From NCBI RefSeq assembly GCF_963921235.1, contig NC_086097.1, forward strand, positions 86,368,001 to 86,432,000: DNA of 64,000 nucleotides, given 5' to 3'. This stretch comes from Mobula hypostoma (Eukaryota). A model generated the notes under the pieces. The model had not been told where the DNA came from. It worked only from the letters and a program-made list of their open reading frames with translations, and searched no databases. The position numbers and the translations under genes are program-made. Position 1 is the first letter of the stretch, and the number at the start of each line of letters is the position of its first letter. Below are positions 38,255 through 50,894 of this stretch, piece by piece.

Positions 38255-39070
38255 TTCGTATCATCCACATACCTTCATATTGTCCACAGTTCAGTCATTG
38301 ACATATAACGTAAAAAGATGTGCTCCCAATACAGATCTAGTCTCTGGCAGCCAATCAGAAAAAGCTTCCTTTATTCCCATTCTTTGCCTCCTACCTCTCA
38401 GCACCGCTTTATCCAGACTAGTATCTTCCCTGTAATACCATGGACTCTTAACTTGTTAAGCAGCCTCATGTGTGGTACCTTATCAAAGGCCTTCTGAAAA
38501 TCCAAGTACACAGCACTCTCTGACTCTCCTTGTCTATCCTGCTTGATATTTCTTTAAAGAATTCCAACAGAATGGTCAGGCAAAATTTTCCCTGCTAACT
38601 ATGACATATTTCATGTGCTTCCAAATACCCTGAGACCTCATCTTTAACAATCGACTCCAAAGTCTATCCAACCACTGAGGTCAGACTAACTGGCCTATAA
38701 TTTCCTTTCTTCTACCTCTCTACCTTCATGGAGTGACATTGACAATTTTTCATTCCTCTGGAACCATGCCAGAATCAACTGATTCTTGAAAGACCATTAG
38801 TAATGCCTCCACAATTTCTTCAGCCACCTCCTTCAGAACCCTGGGGTGTATACTATCCGGACAAAGTAACTAATCTACCTTCTGATCTTTCAGTTTCCCA
38901 AGAACCTTCTCCCTATTAATAGCAACTTCACACACTTCTGATCCCCGACACTCTTGAACTTCTGGCATAATGCTAGTGTCCTTCACAGTGAAGACTGGTG
39001 CAAAATACTTAGTCAGTTCACCCACCATTTCCTTGTCCCCTATTGCTACCTCTCCAGCATCATTGTGCAT
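38255..39070 (-). mobile_element. Degenerate CR1 RT fragment
   Basis: DFQKAFDKVPH and YRPVSLTSVVG on the minus strand; ORF 38870-39082. Confidence 0.85.
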
Positions 39071-40594
39071 CATTTTTGGCATCCTCTTTAATATTATTAG
39101 GTAGCTTACTTTTGTATTTCATCTTTTCCTTCAAACTTTGAAATCCACTGTATTCTTAGTCTAGCAAATGTTTTACTCCATATTCCAGCATCTGCAGTCT
39201 CTTATGGCTGAGTTTGTAGATTAATTGACCACATAAATTTCCACCAGTGTTTACATGTGTTATAGAGTCTGGCAGGAGCTGATAAGAATGTAGGAAGACT
39301 AAAATGCAATCAGTGTAGGATGGTGTAACTACATCTGATGGCAAGCATAGAGTCAATGGGCCAAAGGGCCTGTTTGCATGCTGTATGAATCTGAGACTCA
39401 GAACAATATATTCTTGGTACATTGGCTGCTAGCAACTTTTTCCAAATCTCAGTGCCTTATACCAAAGGGTGTCTTAGTCATCAAACTTAATTTATTTAAT
39501 ACTGATGCTCAAATCATTTTTCTTCAAGGCACGTTTAACCCTCTTAGCCTTCCTACGAGCACGCAATCAGTCTCTGCAATATTTTTAAAGGTTTCAATCC
39601 AATCTCCCTTAATTCTACACTTTCCTACTGCTAAGAAAATAAGCCTCTCTAAGCTTAACAAGGGCTTTGAAGCTAGGTAGCAATTTGGAGCTGCTAATGT
39701 GAATCTTTGTCAGAAGTTGCTATTATCTGCACCCCTGTAGCAGACCAAACCAATCAGCAATCAGCTGGTAAAGAAAGAGAATTTGAGCCAAGGCAAGAAC
39801 TTTGAAGGCACCTGAAATAGAATTACGTTCACTTTAATGGTTCCTTCCCTCACAAGATACATTTGACAATCAGATCCTTTGAGAAATGCAGAAGGGAGCA
39901 GAGAGATTCAATAATGCCAGCTACATGGTATTGCTAATAATATGTAGTGTCAAGAATTTTAAGTTAGTGCATTTTTCTCAGTGGGTAAGATGATGGGTAG
40001 CAGATGGCATGGACTTTAACAGACAGATTTCCTTCCTCTTCATTGCATGAATTTATTTTGAATATTTCTATTTTCCAATCAAAAATTCAGTCAGGTTGCT
40101 AAGGAAGGTGTGAAGCTTTTTAAATTAGTCTGTTTCTTCTGTCACTTCAGAGAAGCCTTTAGTTTTGTGAATTTTTAACAAGAGTCAATCCTTCCTTGAA
40201 CTGCCAGTGTCCACTCTGTATATTCTGAAATAGCCAGTGCATCCAGTCTTTGAAAATACATAGGTCAAGAAACAGCTGCACTCTTTTCAACCTGATCACA
40301 TACAAAACACTCACAGTAGAACAGAAAGCATAGCAGTATTTCTAGCCCATCTTAAAAGTAATATTTTCACACTTTTACTGAATTACCATGTCTGAGGTTA
40401 ACATTTAAAAATTTCTACTTCATCACTAAGATAATAATGGCAAGCTGAACAAAAGCAAAAGCTTTGGTTAGTTGGAGAGAAATTATAGCAGTGAAAAAAA
40501 TTAGAAAGTTCCTTAAAAATGTCTTGAAGATTGTAGAATCAATTGCCTTGAAGTTGGATTTCACTTATTTTTGATCTGCTTATCTTTTGCTTTA

Positions 40595-41075
40595 CACATG
40601 TGGCTTAGCTACTAAGTCCAGCAGAACCATTTCTACTGACGGGAGAAGGGGCAAAGGCAGATTACTACCACCTTGAAACCAGACACTTCAAGCAGATGGG
40701 GCTCATCAGCTGTGGTTGACAGCTCATCTAGGAGAAGGAAAACTCTGATCTTAAACCTCCTCTACTCTCCTTCTATACCCTCTCATGGGGAAGGCTTCTC
40801 TTCAGGAGTAAACCCTGAGGAAAAATCCAGAGCTGGATTCCCTAAGGCAGTCCGACATTGAATTCAATGCTGACTAGAAACTCCTGCAACACCACTGGTG
40901 CCAAACTGTGTTGGTGCCTGCTATTCCATTGGATTCATCAGCTGCATGGAGAGGGGGAGCTTGCTACATGGGCATCAGCTTGCTCTCCATATCGTACTGC
41001 CCTGGCTTGCGTATCACATAGACAGCTGAGATGCAACATCCACGGCCAACTCCGACCAATGGAGGACATCAATCC
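40595..41075 (+). mobile_element. Possible RTE-derived non-autonomous element or 5' UTR fragment
   Basis: ctaggagaaggaaaactctgat..aaacctcc and ggagtaaaccctgagg recall RTE-clade 5' UTRs; from memory only. Confidence 0.35.
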
Positions 41076-41453
41076 TTCGTTCTGTAGGGTACTAATGCCA
41101 AATTGGGTTCTCTTTAAAAGAGAAACAAACCACCAAGGCATTTGAAATGCAATAGAGTGCTTTATACCCAGAAGGAAACTTCCAAACAGTTCCAGACCCA
41201 TGGTGCTTTAGGTAGCACCGCACTTCTTAGTATGGCTTCTAGTAGAAATCTTGGAATGACACCAGCTTAGTGGTTCCCTATTTCAGCTGCGCAGAAGAAA
41301 CATACATTATGGCTTCCACTGATGACAGAAGCTACGGGGAAATGGAACAATTACCAAACTTACTGAAAAGGACATTGCTGTTATGTCCATAAGATGTATT
41401 AGGCGCATGGCGATGTCGGAGGAAGGGGGCAGATACCCAACAGAATCATCGGT

Positions 41454-41560
41454 ACTCACCTGACGTAAAGTGGCTTGCTTTGTTTCCTCCAGGACCAAGA
41501 ACACTTGTTGTATGGAGAGATGTTGTGAGAAATCCTACGTCACGTAGGGCTGAGCACAAG
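41454..41560 (-). promoter_or_regulatory. Candidate promoter and first exon with CRE-like sites
   Basis: Palindrome CCTACGT-C-ACGTAGG at 41534-41548; TGACGTAA at 41461; consensus donor CAG|GTGAGT at 41460/41459; local CpG enrichment. Confidence 0.35.
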
Positions 41561-41605
41561 TGAATAGACTGCTCTAATCCACAACCACACAAAGATACTG
41601 TAGCC

Positions 41606-43479
41606 TGGTGTTCCCAGAGTGTGTGATAATGTCCACCTGAGGCAGTGGGAGTTTCTAAGGGGGGTGAGAAAGACAAAGGGGGCAGTGGGAGGTGCTGGGC
41701 AGCAAGGGGAGCGGGAATTGATGGATTACAGCTTTAATTTAAGAAATAAATTACTTATTATAAACATTTGATCATCAATGCTTTATAAGTGATTACAATA
41801 GTCATGTAATCAACTCATCTCTTGCTAACCCACCATTCTCTTAGACTTTGCTTGAAGCGTGTTATGATTGTTGAAAAGTAATGTGATACTTATGTACTTG
41901 GCATATCATGAGAAATCCAGACTGAAGAAATCGTGATATTTCCAGGCCAGTCCACGCATTATTGCCATTCACTACTGTAGTACAACATCAATGAGAACAA
42001 TTCTCATACTCTAACCATGGAATGACACAATTCCTGTAAATTAGATTGTGGTATTCACTAGGGTAAAGGTCAGAATCTGCTTTTATGAACAGATGCAAAG
42101 TGTGAGTCAATATTTTGGTTTGTTGAACAACTTTACAACGAGAAGGATATTTTGCTCACCAACATTCTTGCTTGTACAGCAGATGGGGCACCATAAATGA
42201 CAGGCTGCCACCATGGGATTATTATTTCAAAAAGCTGTACCTAACATATTTATCATTTACTGTATAATTCAGAGAAAACATCTTTTCACTAAAAAACCTA
42301 TGTGATGAGCCACACAAATTATTAAATATTGTTATAACAGCAGTAAATAAAAACAAGTCCCATGTTCTCAGTTCTAGACTATTTCAAGAGCTCTGTAACG
42401 AGAATGTTGAAAACTTGGAATACTTCTTGTTGTGCACAGAAATCAGGTGGCTCTCAAAAGGAAAGTGCCTAAGATGCTTTTATCCGCTTTTTGAAACAGT
42501 GATAAAATTCTTTGAAGACTCGAATGCTTTATTCAGTAGTCAACTCAAGAATATTAAGCATGACATTTTTTATTTGTCAGAATTATTTGAATTATTTGCA
42601 AAGTTTAATGAAATCTATCTTCAATTGCAAGGAAAATGATGTGAATCTTCTCAAAATCAAATCAGTCATCTCCAAATTTCTGTTCAAGTTAACCCTATAT
42701 AAGTGCAACATTGGCCATTGAGACCTTTTCCATTTTCTCAGCCTCTCTCAGTTGGAAGAGAAAGAGTACCTGATGATGATCTGTACCCACCCATGCGATT
42801 TGCAGGATCTTCTCTTGATCCAAATTCCAGATTGGGTAATAAGTCCATTCCTGAACACTTGTAATGAAGAATTAACAGGAAGGATGGAGGAAAAACGGAT
42901 GGTACTACAAAATGAGCTTCAGCTGAAGACAAGGTTCAAACAATCATATCAAGACTTTTGGTTTCAGAAAGAAATCTCTGAACACCATCCTGCATTGTAG
43001 AAAAGGTCAAGGTGTTCTTTATCGCCTTTCCAGCATCATATTTAGGGGAGCACAGTTTCAGTGCAGTCAGTCAATTTATTTCAAAGCAATGAATCAGATT
43101 GCAGATTACTGAACAGGGGAGCTGAGCCTCATAAGTAACATTCAGTCTGATCTTGAGAAGCCGATATCGCTGCACCATTTAAAGGTGAAAAGTCAATGAA
43201 GTAGTGTATAGTTGGACTACTAATGTATGCTCTAAAGTTGTTGTTGAAAGTTGTTATTACTGTAATTAAATACTTTTATTTGTAGCTTTAAACAGATTTG
43301 AATAATTTTTGCAATTATTTGTCACTACCATATTTGCAGTTTCTATTTTTTTTCATTACACATCAGAAATCAAAATTCTTTATAGTTTTAAAGAAATGGC
43401 TGGAAAAGGAGAGGGGAGTGCTGGGGATGTGGTTTGGGAGCCAAGGGGGTGGTAACCCAAAGAAGTTTGTGAAACACTG
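41606..43479 (+). mobile_element. Decayed hAT (Charlie/Buster group) transposon with transposase remnants
   Basis: TADGAP.MTG, LLCTEIRWLSKG, FNEIYLQLQG, FPASYLGEHSFS; TSD CTGTAGCC (41598-41605) and CTCTAGCC (43480-43487); right TIR ...gaaacactg. Confidence 0.85.
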
Positions 43480-43709
43480 CTCTAGCCAAACCACCACCCT
43501 TACCACACCAAGGAGTTGAAGTCCCCTCCTTTGATTAAAATATTAAATAATGGGAAGCGAAACCCCAAACTTCTCTAGAATGAACAAGACCACCATCCTC
43601 CATATAAGCGGATGGATCATAGGGTTAGGAAGCACCTCTGGTGAAGAGTCTCTGAAGATGTCTGGGGAGGGTCAATTAAAGTTGTTAAAGTGAGTACTTT
43701 ATCCCATTT

Positions 43710-43912
43710 TAAAAACACAAACAACAGGAATTCTGCAGATGCTGGAAATTCAAGCAACACACATCAAAGTTGCTGGTGAACGCAGCAGGCCAGGCAGCAT
43801 CTCTAGGAAGGAGTTAGTCCTGACGAAGGGTCTCGGCCTGAAACGTCGACTGTACCTCTTCCTAGAGATGCTGCCTGGCCTGCTGCGTTCACCAGCAACT
43901 TTGATGTGTGTT
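43710..43912. mobile_element. Palindromic Penelope-derived mini-element
   Basis: Perfect 55-bp inverted arms 43756-43810 and 43858-43912; TSD (T)ACTTTATCCCATTT at 43695-43709 and 43912-43926. Confidence 0.9.
43816..43851 (+). ncRNA. Minimal type I hammerhead ribozyme
   Basis: AGTC-CTGACGA-AGG(GTCTCGG)CCT-GAAA-CGTC^GACT: complete core, helix I AGTC/GACT, palindromic ACGT helix III. Confidence 0.8.
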
Positions 43913-43987
43913 ACTTTATCCCATTTGATTTGATCTGCAGCAAACTCTCTCATTGCTGCTGTTCCTTCAGAAAGATGTCTTAGGCAC

Positions 43988-44483
43988 TGTCAGGGCACTG
44001 AAGCAGATACCCATCGCAGAACAAGTAATGTGCGCACTGTGATATTTCTTGAGTAGCAAATCCAGAGAGGCAACAAAATTGGCAAAAAAGTTCAGGTGGA
44101 GAACAAGAGTTCCAGAGAAATCCAAAAACCAGAATCGGAAAACAGGCAGAGTCGATATTCAGACAAGGTTCAGATACAAATGCAAGAAAGGCTCAGGAAA
44201 ACTCACTGGCAAAATCTGGCAACAAACAGGTGAAAACACAGGACTAAAATACAATGAGCAATAAACAGAGAGGCAGATGATAGGATGATAGGTGGAGCAC
44301 ACTGAGACACAAGTGGCAGCAAAACAGGTAATAATGAGAAACAGATGAGAGGCAGAGTACTTAGTAATACAGGGGCTGGAGTAGAGCAGGAGTGGGGACA
44401 GGAGCACATGGCAATACCAAACCACAGACTGACAGCTAGGGGAAAACACACAAAAAGACAGAGTTCAACTGGAGGTGCTGACA
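43988..44483. mobile_element. Solo LTR (496 bp)
   Basis: Termini TGTCAG...CTGACA; perfect 5-bp TSD GGCAC (43983-43987 and 44484-44488). Confidence 0.88.
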
Positions 44484-45319
44484 GGCACAGCCTGCAAGAA
44501 CACCTTTGCTTTGTTCTTGAAGAATATCAGGACAGGCCCATTTGTTTCAATTTCCCCAGAACATGATAAATTGGAGATGGAAGATCAAATGGAACAGGAG
44601 GAAAGACTTGGAGAAAGAGGAAAAGTAGAATGTTGGCAATGATGGTGGTGCTGATGACAATGACATCACAAAAGAGAAGGTATCATGAGGGATGCAGGTC
44701 TCAGGCACTAGCAGGCATCACTCTGGCATGAGATGTAGGGAATCTGTTATGAGACTCACTGGAGGGAAGGTACATATATCTGCGTCAGCCCAGAGTATTC
44801 AGATAATGACCGGATTCTTTGGTACCAAGGCTGAAGCCGATGTATAGCAAGATGGTTACGGAGCTGTTTGGTCTTACTGGCCAAATGCGGGAAAAACATA
44901 CATTGGTAAAATTGCTTATTATAGCCGTGTGTATCGAGATTCAGTGAAAAACTTTGCTTTGCATGATGTTCATATAACAGTTTATTGAGGTCGTATGAGG
45001 GAAAACAATAACAGAATGAAGTATAAGCATTACAGGCACAGAGAGTGCAGTGCAGGCGGACAGTAAGTTTCAAGGCCATAACAAAGTAGAATATGAGGTC
45101 AAGAGTCCATCTTATCATACTAGGAGACTGTGCAATAGTATAAAAGTGGGATAGAATATGTCCTTGAGCCTGGTGTATGAGCTTTTGTATCTTCTGCCAA
45201 TGAGGTTGAAGACAAAAGAGATTGAAGTTGCTATGTTTACAGCTAGTGGGTAACTTTAAGTAAAATTGCTATAGTTACACAAGCAGACAGTAACTGGAAG
45301 GAAATGATCAGCTTTTACT

Positions 45320-45512
45320 GACTGGCTGGATGATGAATATTGGCTGTGATGTGTGTAAGAACTTGCTGCTCTAGCTTGAAGGTTGTTATGAGATCTCTAT
45401 TTCCACCTAAGCAAGCAGATGGGGCCTTAGTGAAACATTTCATCTGAGATATTGCTCCCATGATAATCTTTGCATCTCAGCCCTGCTCTGAAGTATTGGC
45501 CCAGATTTTATC
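45320..45512 (-). mobile_element. Deu-SINE remnant
   Basis: Colinear with 18010-18190 (aatattggc...ccacctaagc..gcagatggggcc...tcatctga). Confidence 0.5.
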
Positions 45513-45708
45513 TTTACATTCATTTTCAGGGGTTATTCACATTTTTGTAGTTTCTATCAAATATGCCAATGATTGATGGTGAACAAGAAATACTATTTAT
45601 CTGTCTGTTAGTACAAACCAAAAAGCCCTGAATGAAATAATGCAACATTTTCATATGGTCTCAAATATCTGGGCTACAAATGCAACATTTTGGGAAACAT
45701 TGTTTATA

Positions 45709-48262
45709 TAGATAGATAGATAGATACTTTATTGATCCCAAAGGAAATTACAGTGTCACAGTAGCATTACAAGTACATGGATATACAAATATTGGAAGAG
45801 AAGTAAGAACAAATAATAAAAGTTACCTTAAAAATAAGATGTACAAGATGTACAAGTCAAAGATGACAAGATTTACAAGTTCACACTGATAAGATGTTAG
45901 TGCAAGAATTACGGTAATATTATACTGCAACGGGTGCAGATTCACATCGTCCAGATAAGAATTGATGTTAGTATTGCACAGGGTGTCCATGTTTGCAGGG
46001 TGTGGTAAACAGAGCTTAAACAGAATTCTGGTAAACAAAGGTTAATAACAGTCTTACAAGAGGGGTCATCACATTTCTGGCTATAGGTTGATTCATTATA
46101 GAGCCTAATGGCCAAGGGTAAGAATGGCTTCATATAGCGCTCTTTGGAGCACTGCAGTTGTCTTAGTCTATTACTGAAAGTGCTCCTCTGTTCAGCCAAG
46201 TTGGCATGCAGAGGGTGAGAAACATTGTCCAGAATTGCCAGGATTTTCCAGAGGGTCCTTTGTTCTACCACAGCCTCCAGTGTGTCCAGTTTGACTCCTA
46301 TAACAGAGCCAGCTTTTCTAATCAGTTTATTGAGTCAGTTTTGATGCCATTGCTCCAGCATACAACCGCATAGAAGATTATACTTGCAACAACAGACTGG
46401 TAGAACACAAAGGCCTACATCCTCCAAAGGACCTCAGTCTCCTCAGTAAGTAGAGGTGACTCTGGCCCTTCTTGTACACAGCCTCTGTGTTGGTGCTCCA
46501 CTCAAGTCTGTCATTCAGGTGCAACCCCAGGTATTTGTAGGTTCTCACCACATCCACATCCTCACCATCAATAGTAACAGGGAGCAGTGTAGGCTTAGTC
46601 TTCCTAAAGTCCATCACCATCTCCTTTGTCTTACTGATGTTGAGCTGCAGATGATTCAGCTTGCACCATTTGACCAAATACTCCAACTGAGCCTGGTATT
46701 CATCTTCCTGTCCTCCCTTTATACACCCAACTATTGCTGAGTCATCAGAGAGCTTCTGCCAATGAAATGACTCAGTGTTGTATCTAAAGTTCGAGTTATA
46801 CAGGGTAAATAGGAAGGGAGCTAATACAATCCCCAGTGCTGCTTATAGCCACGTCTGACACACAGCTGTGAAGCCACACAAACTGTTGTCTACCTGTCAA
46901 GTAGTCCATTATCCAGGACAGAAATGCCAACCTGCATTGAGTGGAGATTTCCCCCTGACACTTGTAGGTACTTGAGAAATCAACAAAACATGATCCTCAC
47001 AGTGTTGCCCTGCTTATTCAATTGGGAGCGTTCTCTGTTCAGCAGGTAGATGACAGCATCGTCAATTCCAATGTGCTCCTGGTAGGCAAACTGCGGGAGA
47101 TCGAGGGCTGATCTGACCAGGGGTCAGAGGTGAGCCTGGACCAGCGTCTCTAGTGTATTCATGATGTGTGAGGTCAGGGCCACTGGACGGTCGTCATTCA
47201 AGACTTTTGGTTGGCCCTCCTTGGGTACTGAGACCACACATGATGATTTCCACACAGTTGGGACCCTTTCCAGGCTGAGACTCCGATTGAAAATGCGCTG
47301 GAGAACTCCACACAGCTGCTCAGCACACTCCTTCAGGACCTTGGGGTTCACACCATCCAGTCCGATGTTTTGCCATGTCTGAGTTTCCCCAAGCCCTTCT
47401 CACCTGCTCCATAGTGAAGGTGAGTCCGTGATGATTGGGGAGTTGGTGGAAGGTGGGGACTAGGGGAGGTGAAGATTGGGACAATAGCAGTTGGTATGTG
47501 GCAGTGTGGATGGTAGGTGCAGGGCAAGGAGGGGATATGGACAGCAGTAGCCCATGTTGTTCATCCTCTTGTTGAACTGGGGAGGGGAAGTGTTGGTGCT
47601 GAAGGAGCATAGGCTGCCTCACACCTGGGCTGAGGGGGGTGTGAACAGGAGGACAATTGTCAAACCTATTGAAGAATTGGTTTAACTCATTAACCTATTC
47701 ACCATTGCATTCCCACGCTCCACAAGTAGGCTGTTTAAGCTAGTGATGTTCTTCGTGTCTCTCCACACCTCCCGTGTGCTACTCTCCCCAGGCTTGTTCT
47801 CTAGCTCTCATCTGTATTCCTCTTTAGCCACCTTCATCTTCTCCTTTAGCTCCCTCTACACGTTTCAATTCCTCCCTCTCTGCTGATCTAAAGGCTCTCT
47901 TTTTGTGGTTGAGAAGAGCCTTTACATCACTGGTGACCCATGGTTTGTTGTTGGGGAGGCAGCGAACAGTCCTTGATGGTATTCCAGTGTCCACACAGAA
48001 GTTGATGTAGCCAGTGATGCAATCAGTAAATCCGTTAATGTCCTTCCCATGTGGTTCACAAAGCATATTCCAGTCAAAAGCAGCCCATCAAAGCCTTAAT
48101 GGCCTCTGGAGTCCATTTCTTTACTGCCTTGGTGGTAACTAGCTGTTCCCGTACTTTGGGCTTATACAAGGGCATGAGGTGAACCAGGTTGTGATCTGAT
48201 CTTCCAAGTGGAGGGGAAGCTGTGGAGTTGTATACATCTTTAGCATTTGCATAGAAGAGGTC
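45709..48262 (-). mobile_element. Rex1/Babar LINE, 5'-truncated, (TATC)n tail
   Basis: PPLGRSDHNLV, NNKPWVT, RPVALTSHIM, LQLNISKTKEMVMDFRK, YKYLG, LRRLRSF; (agat)n at 45709-45725. Confidence 0.92.
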
Positions 48263-49039
48263 CTGTTGTGTAAACAAAAAAGCTGTGTTGTAAATATTTC
48301 TGACTGACTTAATGCCAGTCATTAACAGGGTACAGACATTTTGCTGCCAAATTATAGTGTACCAAACACTAATATTCAGCTCAGTCCAAAATATCAATGG
48401 TTGTATAACACACAAAATTAATGTGTTTTGAAGCGCATTGGTCTGAATCAAAGCTGGTGCAGTTTGCTCCCTGAACAACCAGCTTCTCATGGTGCTGAAA
48501 GCACAAACTGAATGTTATTTGAGTGGTCAAATGCATTCCTCTAGCATTCACTGGTGAGTGCTGCATTTCTTTGCCATCAAAGCACAAGCAGACTCGTCTG
48601 GGTTGTCAGGCACCACATCCCTCAGTGGTTTCAATAATTTCCTCCTCAAAACGAATTGGCCAAAAATTCCAGAAGAAATCCTGATCTGCTCATAAGATCA
48701 AAGGTAAAACTGAACCACAGAAGGAAAGCTAACTAATGATGCAGCACTCGGGGAAATAAATTAGCAGGGAGGTGTCTCTAAGAGTTTGAGCGCCACCCAT
48801 CAACACTTTTAGGAGGCCTGCAATGCAGTAAAATGGCCCTTCTATGCAAAAATTACATTGAGCAACAAAAGGGAGTTCCACATTTTTATATGCTGTATAT
48901 CTCAGCAGAAAGGGCATAGCTGGAAACTAAGTCAAAGTTTCCTGTGAATCTGGATTACACTGAGTGCAGTGCTGGCACTAGTGATTGAACATTATCTGAT
49001 GTTTGTATTTCCTCTTGGCATGTAGTTTTACAGTGAGTT

Positions 49040-49410
49040 GCTTGGCCCACCACATCCACAGCAGCAGTTTTGCCCGTCTCTACTAATCTTATTTGCCCAT
49101 ATTAGGGACAATATCGTTCTGTGCCTCGCCTACTTAAATCCCCATCTAAATGCCTCTTAAACATAGCGATTGTACTGGATCTCACCACATTCTCCAGAAG
49201 TGTACTCCAGATTTCAACCACTAGCTCAGTGACAAAAACTTTTCCGAGATCCTCTTTAAATCTCCTGCCTCTCAGCTTAAAACTGTGCCCTAGCAGGGGG
49301 AGAAGTTTCTGACTTTTTACCCTGTGTATGCCTCCAATCAACTGACATATTTCTATCAGGTTACTCCTCAGCCTCTTTTGCCTCAGGGTAAACAAGCCCA
49401 GCCAATGCCT
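49040..49410 (-). mobile_element. CR1 3' fragment
   Basis: LGLFTLRQKRLRSNLIEI...GHSFKL (ORF 49102-49428). Confidence 0.8.
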
Positions 49411-50304
49411 CCCCAAAACTAAAGTCACCTAGTCCTCTGTCCTTTGTGCCTCCTTCACTGTTCTCAAGCTTTCCAATACTGATAAATGCTATTTATCCGC
49501 AGCTGGTGGGACATTTAGCTGCATTGCAGTGGTCCCAGATGTGCAGCAATTCATGAAGGCCACGCATACCCTTGTAGAAACCTGCTTGGCAACTTGCTGC
49601 TATAGATGTCCTTTGCACAAGGAAGCTGTCATTTGCACGCTGCAACACACCCCCAGTAGTCGACACAAAGGGACTCTTCGACATTCTTCCTTTCACTGTG
49701 GCCTGCATTCATTATGTGCCAACACCACTCAGCAGCTGGAAGAGTCCTGCTTGTAAATATGGTACGACGTTTTCAGGATTACTTCCTGAAGCAGGTACCA
49801 TGAAGAAAGGCTTTATTAAGGCAGCAGATCCTGCCACACAGTTGCATTATAAAAGAGAGTCCAGTAAAACTGTTTTGGAATTGGCTCATATAATTATCAT
49901 GCATTTTCATTTTGTTTCATTTTGAAATACTGATGGGGAGTATTCTGCAAAAGCTATTTTCTTTTTAGAAAATGAGATAATGGATTGCAAATCTCTAGAA
50001 AAGGTTGTTTAAAAAGTCACTTGCATCACTATAGCCCTGATACGATTACACTGAAGCTGACTTGTCATTGGTAAATGCCCTGGAAGGAACCACCTTAGTA
50101 CTCTCTTTGGAAATAGAGCAATGTGATTCTTTGGGTGAAACGTAAAAAATATCTAGAGGGTGCTCCTGTTCCCTTTCACATCAACCACAGTAAAGCTCCC
50201 TCTCTTTTCATCCTGATGAGGGAAATGATCACAGAGACTGGAAATATGATTTCCCTAGTTCATAAAGAATTTAAAAAAAACACAGCTTCAGTCTGAACTA
50301 CAAA

Positions 50305-50778
50305 TTACTCCTGCCATCCCCCAAGAAATCTTAATGTGGTGAGTAGTTGAAGTGGGAGATAAATCTGAGCATTGTGGAGGTCAGATGATTGGATGTATTT
50401 AATGAGGAAGTAGATATATTTTTTAAAGATCAGAGAGTTGAAGGCATTGGGGAACTGACACAGAAAAGATGAGGCTTGGGCTAAACCAGCCAAAATCATA
50501 ATGACACACACAGAATGCTGGTAGAACACAGCAGGCCAGACAGCATCCATAGGAAGATGTACAGTTGACGTTTTGAGCCGAGACCATTCGACTGTACCGC
50601 TTCCTATAGATGCTGCCTGGCCTGCTGTGTTCTACCAGCATTTTTGGTGTGTGTTGCTTGAATTTTCAGCATCCGCAGATTTTCTCGTGTTTGCGTATTA
50701 AAATCATAATGAATAGTGAGGCAGGCTTCAGAGGCCAAGTGGCCTACTCCTGCTCCTGTTTTCCTGTGTTCTTATGTA
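50305..50778 (+). mobile_element. CR1 3' end fragment split by a Penelope-derived insertion
   Basis: CR1 3' UTR cagcca|aaatcataatgaatagtgaggcaggcttcagaggccaagtggcctactcctgctcctg...cttatg. Confidence 0.75.
50505..50699. mobile_element. Second palindromic Penelope-derived mini-element, opposite orientation
   Basis: Imperfect ~65-bp inverted arms homologous to the 43710 element; 13-bp TSD AAAATCATAATGA (50492-50504 and 50700-50712). Confidence 0.88.
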
Positions 50779-50894
50779 CTCGTATTACAAGTGCAGATTG
50801 ACCTATATGGGCAACCGCTTCAGAGACTTCAATAATATACTAGCCTGATGAACAGAGAGATGAAATGCATTTAAAAAATGAACACACACAGAGG

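Noticed and set aside
40595..40635. HDV-like ribozyme at the RTE-like 5' end
   Set aside because: Only a short ggcttag..ctaagtc hairpin is visible; the double pseudoknot cannot be built
42150..43140. Domesticated hAT gene (ZBED8/SCAND3-like)
   Set aside because: Multiple stops and frameshifts; still bounded by TIR and TSD
43756..43912. pre-miRNA or TIR DNA transposon
   Set aside because: The long TSD, asymmetric tail and hammerhead match Penelope-type retroposition instead
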